Origin: a virus
Lineage: Duplodnaviria; Caudoviricetes
IMG/VR virus record: IMGVR_UViG_3300032330_001137
Location: 1-57,380 of that record
DNA length: 57,380 nucleotides
Strand: one strand, 5' to 3'
Under the pieces are notes generated by a model. The model saw nothing but the letters and a program-made list of their open reading frames with translations, searched no databases and was not told where the DNA came from. The stretch's first letter is position 1. Every line of letters starts with the position of its first letter. The position numbers and the translations under genes are program-made. This document shows, in pieces, positions 36,868-44,549 of this stretch.

Positions 36868-38163
36868 ATGAAAATACTATTCCCGAAGCAGAAAGAAGCC
36901 AAAGAATTTTTCCAAGAGCGCATCCGCTGTGGCGGCAATACGCTCGATAGCTCAAGCGTCGGAACAGGCAAGACGGTAGTCGCCATCCATCTGGTGAAGG
37001 ATCTGGATCGCCCGTTTGCCGTCATCTGCCCGAAGGCCGTTGTTCCGGCATGGGAGCGCGAATGCGAAGCGCACGGCATCACTCCGCTGTTCGTCACGAA
37101 CTACGAAAAGCTTCGCGGTGGCAGGACGAAGTGGCTCGCCAAAGCGGGCAAGAAGATCATGCGTTGGTCCCTGCCACAAGACACCGTCATTCTTGTGGAC
37201 GAAATCCACAAAGCCAAAGGCCCGTATACACAGAACGCCCAGCTCGTCGTATCGCTCGTCCAGCAGGGCTACGCGGTGCATGGGATGTCAGCCACTGCGG
37301 CGGAAGACCCCACAGAGATGCGCCCGTTGGGCTACGCTCTTTCGCTGCACTCGCTCAACAAGCCGGAGAACGGCCTGAAGAGTTGGTTCTCATGGATGAT
37401 GACGAACGGATGTTATCAAGATTCATGGGGCAGTTGGAAGTTCAGCAATAAGCAAAAGCTTATCGATCTGAATAAGCAGATCTACGGAGTCAGCGGGCAC
37501 AAGCTCACACCGAAAGACTTTCCTGATTCCTTCCGTGAGAACCGTGTGTTCGTCGAGCCAACGCAGTTTTCAGACTGGAAGAAGATCGACAAAGCCTACA
37601 CCGATTTGGGCATCACTCCAGCAATCATCGAAGAGTTTATTGAATTTGGAAGCGTAGCGAATAGCGAGCATGTTCTCGTCAACATTCTCAAAGCCCGCCA
37701 ACTTGCCGAATCCTTCAAAGCTCCTGATCTGGCAGAGATCGCCCAAGACTACATCAACGGCGGGAACAGCGTTGTGATCTTCGTGAACTTCACTGATACC
37801 GTGGACGCGCTCTGCTCTTCGCTTAGTTGCCGAAAGATCGACGGTCGCCAAACGGCAATAGAACGTCAGCTCGCCATCGACCGCTTCCAAGTTGACTATG
37901 ACCACTGTCTCGTCGTCAACATCGCTGCGGGCGGCACTGGACTATCGCTGCACGACACCATTGGAAACCGTCCGCGCATCTCACTGATCTCACCTACGTT
38001 TAACGCGAAGGACTACTTGCAAGTATTGGGTAGGATACACCGCAACGGAGCAAAGACAGACGCACTACAAAAAGTGCTTGTCGCCGCTGGCTCCATCGAA
38101 GAAACTGTAATGAAAGCGATCAACGCGAAAACGGCCAATATGCAAGCCTTACACGGAGCATGA
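36868..38163 (+). CDS. Superfamily 2 (SNF2-like) helicase
   Basis: GTGKT, DEIH, SAT, GGTGLSL, QVLGRIHR; upstream TTGTCA-17-TAAGAG. Confidence 0.88.
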   Translation: MKILFPKQKEAKEFFQERIRCGGNTLDSSSVGTGKTVVAIHLVKDLDRPFAVICPKAVVPAWERECEAHGITPLFVTNYEKLRGGRTKWLAKAGKKIMRWSLPQDTVILVDEIHKAKGPYTQNAQLVVSLVQQGYAVHGMSATAAEDPTEMRPLGYALSLHSLNKPENGLKSWFSWMMTNGCYQDSWGSWKFSNKQKLIDLNKQIYGVSGHKLTPKDFPDSFRENRVFVEPTQFSDWKKIDKAYTDLGITPAIIEEFIEFGSVANSEHVLVNILKARQLAESFKAPDLAEIAQDYINGGNSVVIFVNFTDTVDALCSSLSCRKIDGRQTAIERQLAIDRFQVDYDHCLVVNIAAGGTGLSLHDTIGNRPRISLISPTFNAKDYLQVLGRIHRNGAKTDALQKVLVAAGSIEETVMKAINAKTANMQALHGA

Positions 38164-38247
38164 AAATTAAATTGAAAATCCTGAAATTTTTTCTTGCTCT
38201 GGTCCTCCTGCGCTATAATCTGCGGGAAGTCTTCACACAGCAGCTTT

Positions 38248-38307
38248 ATGGAAAAGAAAACCAAATCGACAGTGAACGCTTCTGGTAATTACACTAAACA
38301 ACAATGA
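38248..38307 (+). pseudogene. 19-codon remnant of a small basic phage gene
   Basis: MEKKTKSTVNASGNYTKQQ* resembles, from recall, the KS.VN.AGNYTKP N-terminus of DUF5872-like proteins. Confidence 0.4.
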
Positions 38308-38678
38308 GAATTACAATCGAACCAACACATCAGGGATTGGGTGGTAAACACCCGAATCCGAAAGCGATCATTGAAATCCCATATGACGACTACACCATTG
38401 ATGATGCTTTGGAGAATCTAATCATTCCCGCTTTGAGGGCATTCGGGTATATGATTGAGGATGGTCAAATCTATTTTGACAACAATCGCAAAGATCAATC
38501 GGCGGTAGAAGTCGAGTTTCTCCGTGAGGGATATGACAAGTTGGCTAAAGAAGCTGAGGCTCTCCGTGAGGAATGCGACCAATGGGCCGAAGAAGTCGAG
38601 GCTCTCCGTGAGGAACGCGACATGTATCGGTGGCGGTGGCTGACGGGTATGGCGATTGGAACCTCCTACACTGATTAA
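38304..38678 (+). CDS. Hypothetical protein with 14-aa coiled-coil repeats
   Basis: Three E.E.LRE units with a 42-bp period. Confidence 0.65.
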   Translation: MRITIEPTHQGLGGKHPNPKAIIEIPYDDYTIDDALENLIIPALRAFGYMIEDGQIYFDNNRKDQSAVEVEFLREGYDKLAKEAEALREECDQWAEEVEALREERDMYRWRWLTGMAIGTSYTD

Positions 38679-38682
38679 ACAT

Positions 38683-38946
38683 ATGACTCAATACGAAATT
38701 TGCACACTGTCCCTGATCGTCAAAGAAAAAGGCAAACCGATTTACGACCAACAAGCCACCGTCATTGAAATGACTGATGAAGCGGCTGGACCATTTATCA
38801 GGTTGAAGCAGTGCAACGACGACTCTAAAATCGGAGAAGTCCAATTTGATCCGGCTGAATGGACCACAATTAAACAAGCCGTCGAGACGATGATCAGGAT
38901 TTGCAACGATGAACAACAAAATAGCTACGATGAGCGTGCAATTTAA
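38683..38946 (+). CDS. Hypothetical protein
   Basis: IEMTDEAAGPFI.L.Q...FDP.EW motif. Confidence 0.65.
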   Translation: MTQYEICTLSLIVKEKGKPIYDQQATVIEMTDEAAGPFIRLKQCNDDSKIGEVQFDPAEWTTIKQAVETMIRICNDEQQNSYDERAI

Positions 38947-39027
38947 GACGCCAGTAATTGAGCGACATATTGCTCAAACTATCCAATCGATGACGAAATT
39001 GTGCAGATTATCGCTCAACCGACGACT

Positions 39028-39390
39028 ATGAACCTAAACGACAGGAATCCGAATGACCCCAAAGGCATGAACACTTGCGAGAAATGTAAGCATTGGGCCG
39101 AAGCAAAAGTGGATGACAACCAGATACCTCTTGTGGGTGAGCGGTTTGGCGTCTGCGGCATGGGTGTCGGCGGTGTCTCCCATTACCCAGACCTTGATGG
39201 GTGTATCGGAGACGGTCGCCCCGAGGACGGTACTGGGAAAGGACGAACGGGGCCAGATTTTGGGTGCGTTCACTGGACTATGAACCTAAAAGACGAAACC
39301 ACTGAAGCGCGAAATTCTTCAAGCGAACACAAAATGCACACCCATACAACCATGAATCCGAATGACCTGTTCGCTGATTTAATTGAATGA
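39028..39390 (+). CDS. Cys-rich hypothetical protein, chimeric ends
   Basis: CEKCKHW...GVC...TGPDFGCVHW flanked by MNL and MNPND repeats. Confidence 0.55.
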   Translation: MNLNDRNPNDPKGMNTCEKCKHWAEAKVDDNQIPLVGERFGVCGMGVGGVSHYPDLDGCIGDGRPEDGTGKGRTGPDFGCVHWTMNLKDETTEARNSSSEHKMHTHTTMNPNDLFADLIE

Positions 39391-39502
39391 ATCAAGCGCA
39401 GACAACGGCGGGAGTTGCGCCCCGCCACGCGACAGACGGCATCCCGCCGTTGTCTGCCGCGCTTTGTTATCCCTTGGCGGAATCTACACAAAACACACTA
39501 CC

Positions 39503-39940
39503 ATGAGCGACCTATACTGGAAACAGAACTACAACACCAAACTGAACGACGAAAACGAAGCTCGGTTCAAGAACTGGACTGCCGCGCAATCAAAGGCCCG
39601 AGGCCGCGATATGTCAAACGACGACATCGACTATGACCTTCGCGGCTACTGGCTGAATGGAGGCTACAAGTCCGAAGCGGCTGGGCACATGCCCGACACC
39701 TACAAGAAGCCAAATCATCCGACGTTCAGCAACGAGTCTATCTATCACGGACAGCCTGACCCGTGGGGAGGGAAGTTCGATGGCGGGGTATGGGCGGGAG
39801 ATGACAAGACGGGATACACCTTCGCGCCGACTCACCACATGCTATCATCAACGCACAATCTGGAGGATATGAAACGCTACATGGCCGAGCGCGAGAAGGG
39901 CGTGAAGCTGGTGCTGCCCATCCCGTATCGCCCGCTATGA
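39503..39940 (+). CDS. Hypothetical protein
   Basis: DYDLRGYW...GHMPDTYKKPNHPTFSNES motif; A/C-rich leader. Confidence 0.7.
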   Translation: MSDLYWKQNYNTKLNDENEARFKNWTAAQSKARGRDMSNDDIDYDLRGYWLNGGYKSEAAGHMPDTYKKPNHPTFSNESIYHGQPDPWGGKFDGGVWAGDDKTGYTFAPTHHMLSSTHNLEDMKRYMAEREKGVKLVLPIPYRPL

Positions 39941-39954
39941 ATTGGGATACAACC

Positions 39955-40431
39955 ATGAATCCGAATGACCCCAAAGGCGCAGCGGGCGCACTCAAGACAC
40001 CGTTGAGCTTAATCCCGCCGTTTGCAATGGAGCAAACCGCATGGGTGCATAAGTTTGGCGCAGAGCGTTATGGCGCGTTTAACTGGCGCGAAACCGGAGT
40101 TTGCGCCACTACCTACGTCAACGCCATTATGCGTCACCTCAACGCATGGCGGGACGGCGAAACCCTTGACCCTGAATCCGGTATCAGTCATCTGGCACAC
40201 GTTGCCTGTAGCTGTAACATCCTTCTGGACGCAGATCACTGTGGCACGTTGCAGGATGATCGTAATGTTACGCCTAACAATGAGCTTACTAAAATTACGG
40301 AAGACTTGATAAAGAAATGGAATAAAAAACCCGAACCTGAATCCTGCAACTGTGGCCGGATCAAAGTCAACCATTACGCGATGGGTTTAATCTGTGAGGA
40401 CTGCGAACTTAAATGGCAAGACCCATATTGA
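39955..40431 (+). CDS. dATP/dGTP diphosphohydrolase (DUF5664-like)
   Basis: K.PLSLIP...FGAERYG..NWR...YVNAIMRHL.AW.DGE.LDPESGISHLAHVAC. Confidence 0.85.
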   Translation: MNPNDPKGAAGALKTPLSLIPPFAMEQTAWVHKFGAERYGAFNWRETGVCATTYVNAIMRHLNAWRDGETLDPESGISHLAHVACSCNILLDADHCGTLQDDRNVTPNNELTKITEDLIKKWNKKPEPESCNCGRIKVNHYAMGLICEDCELKWQDPY

Positions 40432-40434
40432 ATT

Positions 40435-40737
40435 ATGAACGAACAAGAACAAAGAATCGCCATTGCAGAAGCGTGTGGCATCGTATCCAAAAACCAGTGG
40501 GGTAGTTTATATAAAACACGTAAAGGTGTAAGCATAGAATGTCCAGACTATTGCAACGACCTCAACGAGATGCACGAAGCGGAGTCATTTATTATGGATG
40601 ATGATCCTCACGCTTACGGATGTTACGCGTGTAACCTTTACGAAGAATATGGAAACACTGTGCATTTGACCGCAGCCCAACGCGCAGAGGCATTTCTCCG
40701 CACGGTTGGAAAATGGACAACCAGCCCGAACGAATGA
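40435..40737 (+). CDS. Phage hypothetical protein (ABA-sandwich-like)
   Basis: IAEACG...PDYCNDLNEMHEAE...TAAQRAEAFLRTVGKW. Confidence 0.7.
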   Translation: MNEQEQRIAIAEACGIVSKNQWGSLYKTRKGVSIECPDYCNDLNEMHEAESFIMDDDPHAYGCYACNLYEEYGNTVHLTAAQRAEAFLRTVGKWTTSPNE

Positions 40738-41192
40738 ACACTGACACACCACAAACAGCCGCGTGGTCGGCAAGTAAAGCCGAAGAAATCATCGCCGTGG
40801 CGTGGCTCGTAGCGGGACTGAACGCATGGAGCGCGGGAATACGCTGGCTCGCATGGGTGCTGTTCGCGAAGTCCGCGCTCGATACTGCATGCACACTCCT
40901 CATGGCAATAGCCGAGAAAAACGCCGAATCACGATTTGCACGCCAGCTTGAGTGCGAACTCGCTTCCGCTCAAGCCGAGAAAGAAAAATGGGAGCAAATA
41001 GCTTGTGACAAGCTAATCGAGGTTTGCATGCAAATTGAAGAAAAAAAAATAGTCACCGAGCAGCGGGACAGGCTGGCGGAGGCGTTGGACAAAGTCGTCG
41101 ACGCTTGGGATCACGCTGAATGGCTAGATGAAAACGATTTTGAATCATTCAGGGCAGCACTCCAATCCCTAACCAACCAGAACGAACTATGA
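40734..41192 (+). CDS. QRDRLA-family modular protein 1 (hydrophobic insert)
   Basis: MNTDTP...VTEQRDRLAEAL...ALQSLTNQNEL. Confidence 0.7.
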   Translation: MNTDTPQTAAWSASKAEEIIAVAWLVAGLNAWSAGIRWLAWVLFAKSALDTACTLLMAIAEKNAESRFARQLECELASAQAEKEKWEQIACDKLIEVCMQIEEKKIVTEQRDRLAEALDKVVDAWDHAEWLDENDFESFRAALQSLTNQNEL

Positions 41193-41551
41193 CTGATACA
41201 CCAGAAACAAACGCTGCCGAATTCCCGTGCATGAGATGGCTGTCGAGAGATGACCCAATGGGTGTGCGATCCTCTCTTGCCAAGAGGCTAGAACGCGAGC
41301 GGGACGAGGCGAGGGAAAAAATAGAATTCTCCCGCGAATGGTCAGCAGCAATCGCGGATATTGCTGATGATTTACGATCCGAACTCGCCGCCGTCACCGA
41401 GCAGCGGGACAGGCTGGCGGAGGCTTTGCGGAAAGCTATATCATGGGGTGATTCAGCATCACATCATATTCTTTACAGAGAGGATATCAACTGGACATAC
41501 TTGGACGAAGCTAAAGAAGCACTCCAATCCCTAACCACAAACGAACTATGA
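41189..41551 (+). CDS. QRDRLA-family modular protein 2
   Basis: MTDTPET...LERERDEAR...VTEQRDRLAEAL...ALQSLTTNEL. Confidence 0.75.
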   Translation: MTDTPETNAAEFPCMRWLSRDDPMGVRSSLAKRLERERDEAREKIEFSREWSAAIADIADDLRSELAAVTEQRDRLAEALRKAISWGDSASHHILYREDINWTYLDEAKEALQSLTTNEL

Positions 41552-42297
41552 ACAAAACACCTAGAACAAATGAATGGGAGACTTACTGCGACGAATGCTA
41601 TTATCACATGTGGAGGGTCCGCCGCAAAAACGAGCGAGGATTTGATGATGGATTCCACCTCCAAAACGGAAACGGGGCGAATCAATTAGTTGAGCTACTA
41701 AATAAGCAAGATGACGAACTAACCACCGTTACCGAACAGCGGGACAGGCTGGCTGAGGAGGTCGGACAACTCAAATCACGACTCACACAAACGATGGGGG
41801 CGGTCACAATCAGCCGCAATGGTTATGTTCAAGAGCTAGAACAGCAACGGGACAGGCTGGCGGAGTCGTTGCGGAACATTATGGGTTATCGAAAAGGTGA
41901 AAAACCTTATGACTATTATGGATTACCGTTTGAAGAACGAGAAAACGCAGCTTTTGACGGATGGATGCAAATTGAAAATAATATAAATCAAACCCTCCAA
42001 TCCCTGACCCCCAAACGAACTATGAACACACCGACACCTAAATCCGATAAAGCAAAGATTGCTTTTACCTCGCTGTTTGCAAATGATGATGCCTACTGGA
42101 TACCATACGTAGTTGGCGTAAAACTTGAAACCGAATTAACCGCCGTCACCGAGCAGCGGGACAGGCTGGCTGTAGTCGTGCAGGGAATACGATCTGGCTT
42201 CGGTGGTCAAATCCCCGATCCCGCTTGCGATTGCGGAGACTGCGCGTTTCTCATTACAATTGATAACGCTCTGCAATACCTAACTAAACCAAACTAA
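41548..42297 (+). CDS. QRDRLA-family modular protein 3/4 (apparent fusion of two units)
   Basis: Three QRDRLA motifs; internal LQSLTPKRTMNTPTP junction. Confidence 0.7.
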   Translation: MNKTPRTNEWETYCDECYYHMWRVRRKNERGFDDGFHLQNGNGANQLVELLNKQDDELTTVTEQRDRLAEEVGQLKSRLTQTMGAVTISRNGYVQELEQQRDRLAESLRNIMGYRKGEKPYDYYGLPFEERENAAFDGWMQIENNINQTLQSLTPKRTMNTPTPKSDKAKIAFTSLFANDDAYWIPYVVGVKLETELTAVTEQRDRLAVVVQGIRSGFGGQIPDPACDCGDCAFLITIDNALQYLTKPN

Positions 42298-42509
42298 TGA
42301 TAATCAACAACGCCATCGCGGAAGCGTGCCCCGAAGACATTGTAATCACAATCCTTAAAAAAAGTTATTTCAAACGGTTAAAACTTTCGTCAAAATCGTT
42401 TGACGCGCAGCTCGAAAACGAATTGAATCTCATCGAAGACGCAATACGCGAACGGCAACGGCGACTCTCAGAAAACAAAGCAACACAGAATAATGACACA
42501 GACACCTGA
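42297..42509 (+). CDS. Hypothetical protein
   Basis: TAATG overlap; 70 aa. Confidence 0.55.
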   Translation: MIINNAIAEACPEDIVITILKKSYFKRLKLSSKSFDAQLENELNLIEDAIRERQRRLSENKATQNNDTDT

Positions 42510-43605
42510 CCATTCATCTCGCGGACACGCGGAATTCTCACCCTCCTCCTTGAAATACGTGGCTGGCTGCGCTGGCTACCACGGCAAAGAGGGATCATCA
42601 TCCGCAGCCGAAATGGGGACTCGTATCCACGAAGCCCTTGAAATCTTCGACCCGTCTGCGCTCCACAACGAAGAGGAACTCCGCATCTACGAGCAGATCG
42701 TCGCAATGGAGCAGGAATTCCTAGCCAACTTCCCCGTTGGCGGAGTAGAGCATAACGAGATTCAAGTCACCGTAGACTTGAACGGCACGCAGACTTGGGG
42801 CACTTGTGACCGCCTTATTCTTTTCGGAGACAAAGCAGTTATGGCTGACTATAAGACGGGCATCAGCATCATCGACCCGCCAGAAAAAAACTGGCAGGCT
42901 AAGGCTTACACCATTGGTGCATTCCAGATGTTCCCGCAGCTTGAGGAAATCACGTTCGTATTCTATGTGCCACAGCACTACGCTTCGCTGCACTACACGT
43001 TCAACCGCAAGACTGACCTTCAGCCGATGATCGACGAACTGAGCGACATCATCAAGAAGGGTGAAGAAGTCCGCCCTAAATGGAATAATGGAACGCCAGC
43101 TCTGGTCGACTGCACTCCGACGGTAAACTGCCGTTTCTGCCGCCATGAAGATCGCTGTCCAGCTTTGGGGGGTCTGGTCATCGAAGTCGCGAAGAAGCTT
43201 AATCCGCAACTGCCCGATGTGGATCTCGAAAGCACGGAAGATCCAGCAGTGATCGAAGAGCTTTGGAATATCGCTAAGATTGTCAGCAACTGGTCGGATC
43301 GCTTGAAGGAGCGGGCGATGATTCTGGCGAAGTCAGGTGCGACATTTCCGACGCTCCAGCTACGTTCGATGGGCGCACCGAAAAAGGTTGTTGACAACGA
43401 TGGTTTGGTCGCTATTGCCCTCTCGCACGGGCTTGATACCGCTGAAGTCCTATCTCTCGCATCAATCCCATTGGGAAAAATCACTCAAGCTGTTGCAGAC
43501 AAACACGAAAAAAGCGACCGCAAAAAGATTTCAGAAAATTTTGTTGACGCCTGCGTAAAAGAAGGCATCGTCGAAACCTCTGAGGAACGATTCACACTGA
43601 GGTGA
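42493..43605 (+). CDS. Cas4/RecB-like PD-(D/E)xK exonuclease (DUF2800-like)
   Basis: SPSS....C, GTRIH, GTCD, DYKTG, Q...Y, CRFC.....C. Confidence 0.85.
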   Translation: MTQTPDHSSRGHAEFSPSSLKYVAGCAGYHGKEGSSSAAEMGTRIHEALEIFDPSALHNEEELRIYEQIVAMEQEFLANFPVGGVEHNEIQVTVDLNGTQTWGTCDRLILFGDKAVMADYKTGISIIDPPEKNWQAKAYTIGAFQMFPQLEEITFVFYVPQHYASLHYTFNRKTDLQPMIDELSDIIKKGEEVRPKWNNGTPALVDCTPTVNCRFCRHEDRCPALGGLVIEVAKKLNPQLPDVDLESTEDPAVIEELWNIAKIVSNWSDRLKERAMILAKSGATFPTLQLRSMGAPKKVVDNDGLVAIALSHGLDTAEVLSLASIPLGKITQAVADKHEKSDRKKISENFVDACVKEGIVETSEERFTLR

Positions 43606-43648
43606 ATCGGGAATCAAAACCAGAAACCAAAACTAGAAGCTAGAAACC

Positions 43649-44293
43649 ATGCCAAAAGCAGAAATTGCATTGCAAGAGAACCAGAGCCTGTCAGCCACCA
43701 GCACAGACAGGCTTCAGTTTGACCAAAGTGATATTGATATTCCCCGTATCAATGTCGTCCAGAAAACATCCGACATCGAAGCTTCTACAGGAAGTCTCGT
43801 TTTGGATAAACGCCACGTCCTTCTGAAAGCAGAAGAGATCGGTGAAGTAGTAGTGGTCTCCGCTACTAAAGCGTGGAAAGAAGACATCCCCTTCGACGAA
43901 GGAACGATGCCCCGTATTGCTGCAACTCCTGAGGCAGCAACACAGCTCGCTCTTGAATCGAGTTATCCAGTATTGGAGTTCGCTGATATCATCCTGCTTT
44001 TCCGCCAGCCGGAAAATTCCACCGATGATTCAGCTTATCCGTATCCTATTGGAGATGCAAACTACGCGCTTGGAAAATTGTATGTCGCTAAGGATGCTTA
44101 TCGCCAAACGTATAAGCGTTTGGTTACCTTCGCGGCCTTCAATAAGTCAATCCAACTCCGCAGCCGACTCTGGAACTTCCAGACTCAAATGATGGAGAAG
44201 GGTAAATATAGCTGGTATGTTCCATCGTTGGCGATCAGCCAATCGGAAACGCCAGCAGAAGTGTTGGAATTCATCGAAATCTTCAACGGGTAA
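43649..44293 (+). CDS. Putative ssDNA-binding/annealing protein
   Basis: DIDIPRINVVQ N-terminus, SWYVP C-terminus; located between the nuclease and the polymerase. Confidence 0.55.
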   Translation: MPKAEIALQENQSLSATSTDRLQFDQSDIDIPRINVVQKTSDIEASTGSLVLDKRHVLLKAEEIGEVVVVSATKAWKEDIPFDEGTMPRIAATPEAATQLALESSYPVLEFADIILLFRQPENSTDDSAYPYPIGDANYALGKLYVAKDAYRQTYKRLVTFAAFNKSIQLRSRLWNFQTQMMEKGKYSWYVPSLAISQSETPAEVLEFIEIFNG

Positions 44294-44297
44294 TAAT

Positions 44298-44480
44298 ATG
44301 AACGAAAGAGAAGTCCTTAAGAAAGAACTCGAAAGCATCGCCGCAATGTGCTCTGAAATCGAGGGTAACATCGATATCCTTCGGGCACAGCAACAACGTA
44401 TCTGCATTGTTGCAGAAGCGATTGCGAAATCGCTTGAAGCGACTCCCGAACAACTTGAGTTCGAACTGGTAGTCGACTGA
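44298..44480 (+). CDS. Small coiled-coil protein
   Basis: 60-aa ORF in the operon. Confidence 0.6.
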   Translation: MNEREVLKKELESIAAMCSEIEGNIDILRAQQQRICIVAEAIAKSLEATPEQLEFELVVD

Positions 44481-44489
44481 AATAACAAA

Positions 44490-44526
44490 CCCTGCACGAT
44501 AAACTTACTGAGTTTATCGTGCGGGG
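44490..44526 (+). terminator. Hairpin upstream of the polymerase gene
   Basis: CCCTGCACGATAAACT-TACTG-AGTTTATCGTGCGGGG. Confidence 0.55.
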
Positions 44527-44549
44527 TATATTTATGCCCAAACACAAAA

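Noticed and set aside
42493-43605. Cas4-like gene as part of a CRISPR-Cas system
   Set aside because: No other cas genes; it sits in the usual nuclease-SSB-PolA replication context
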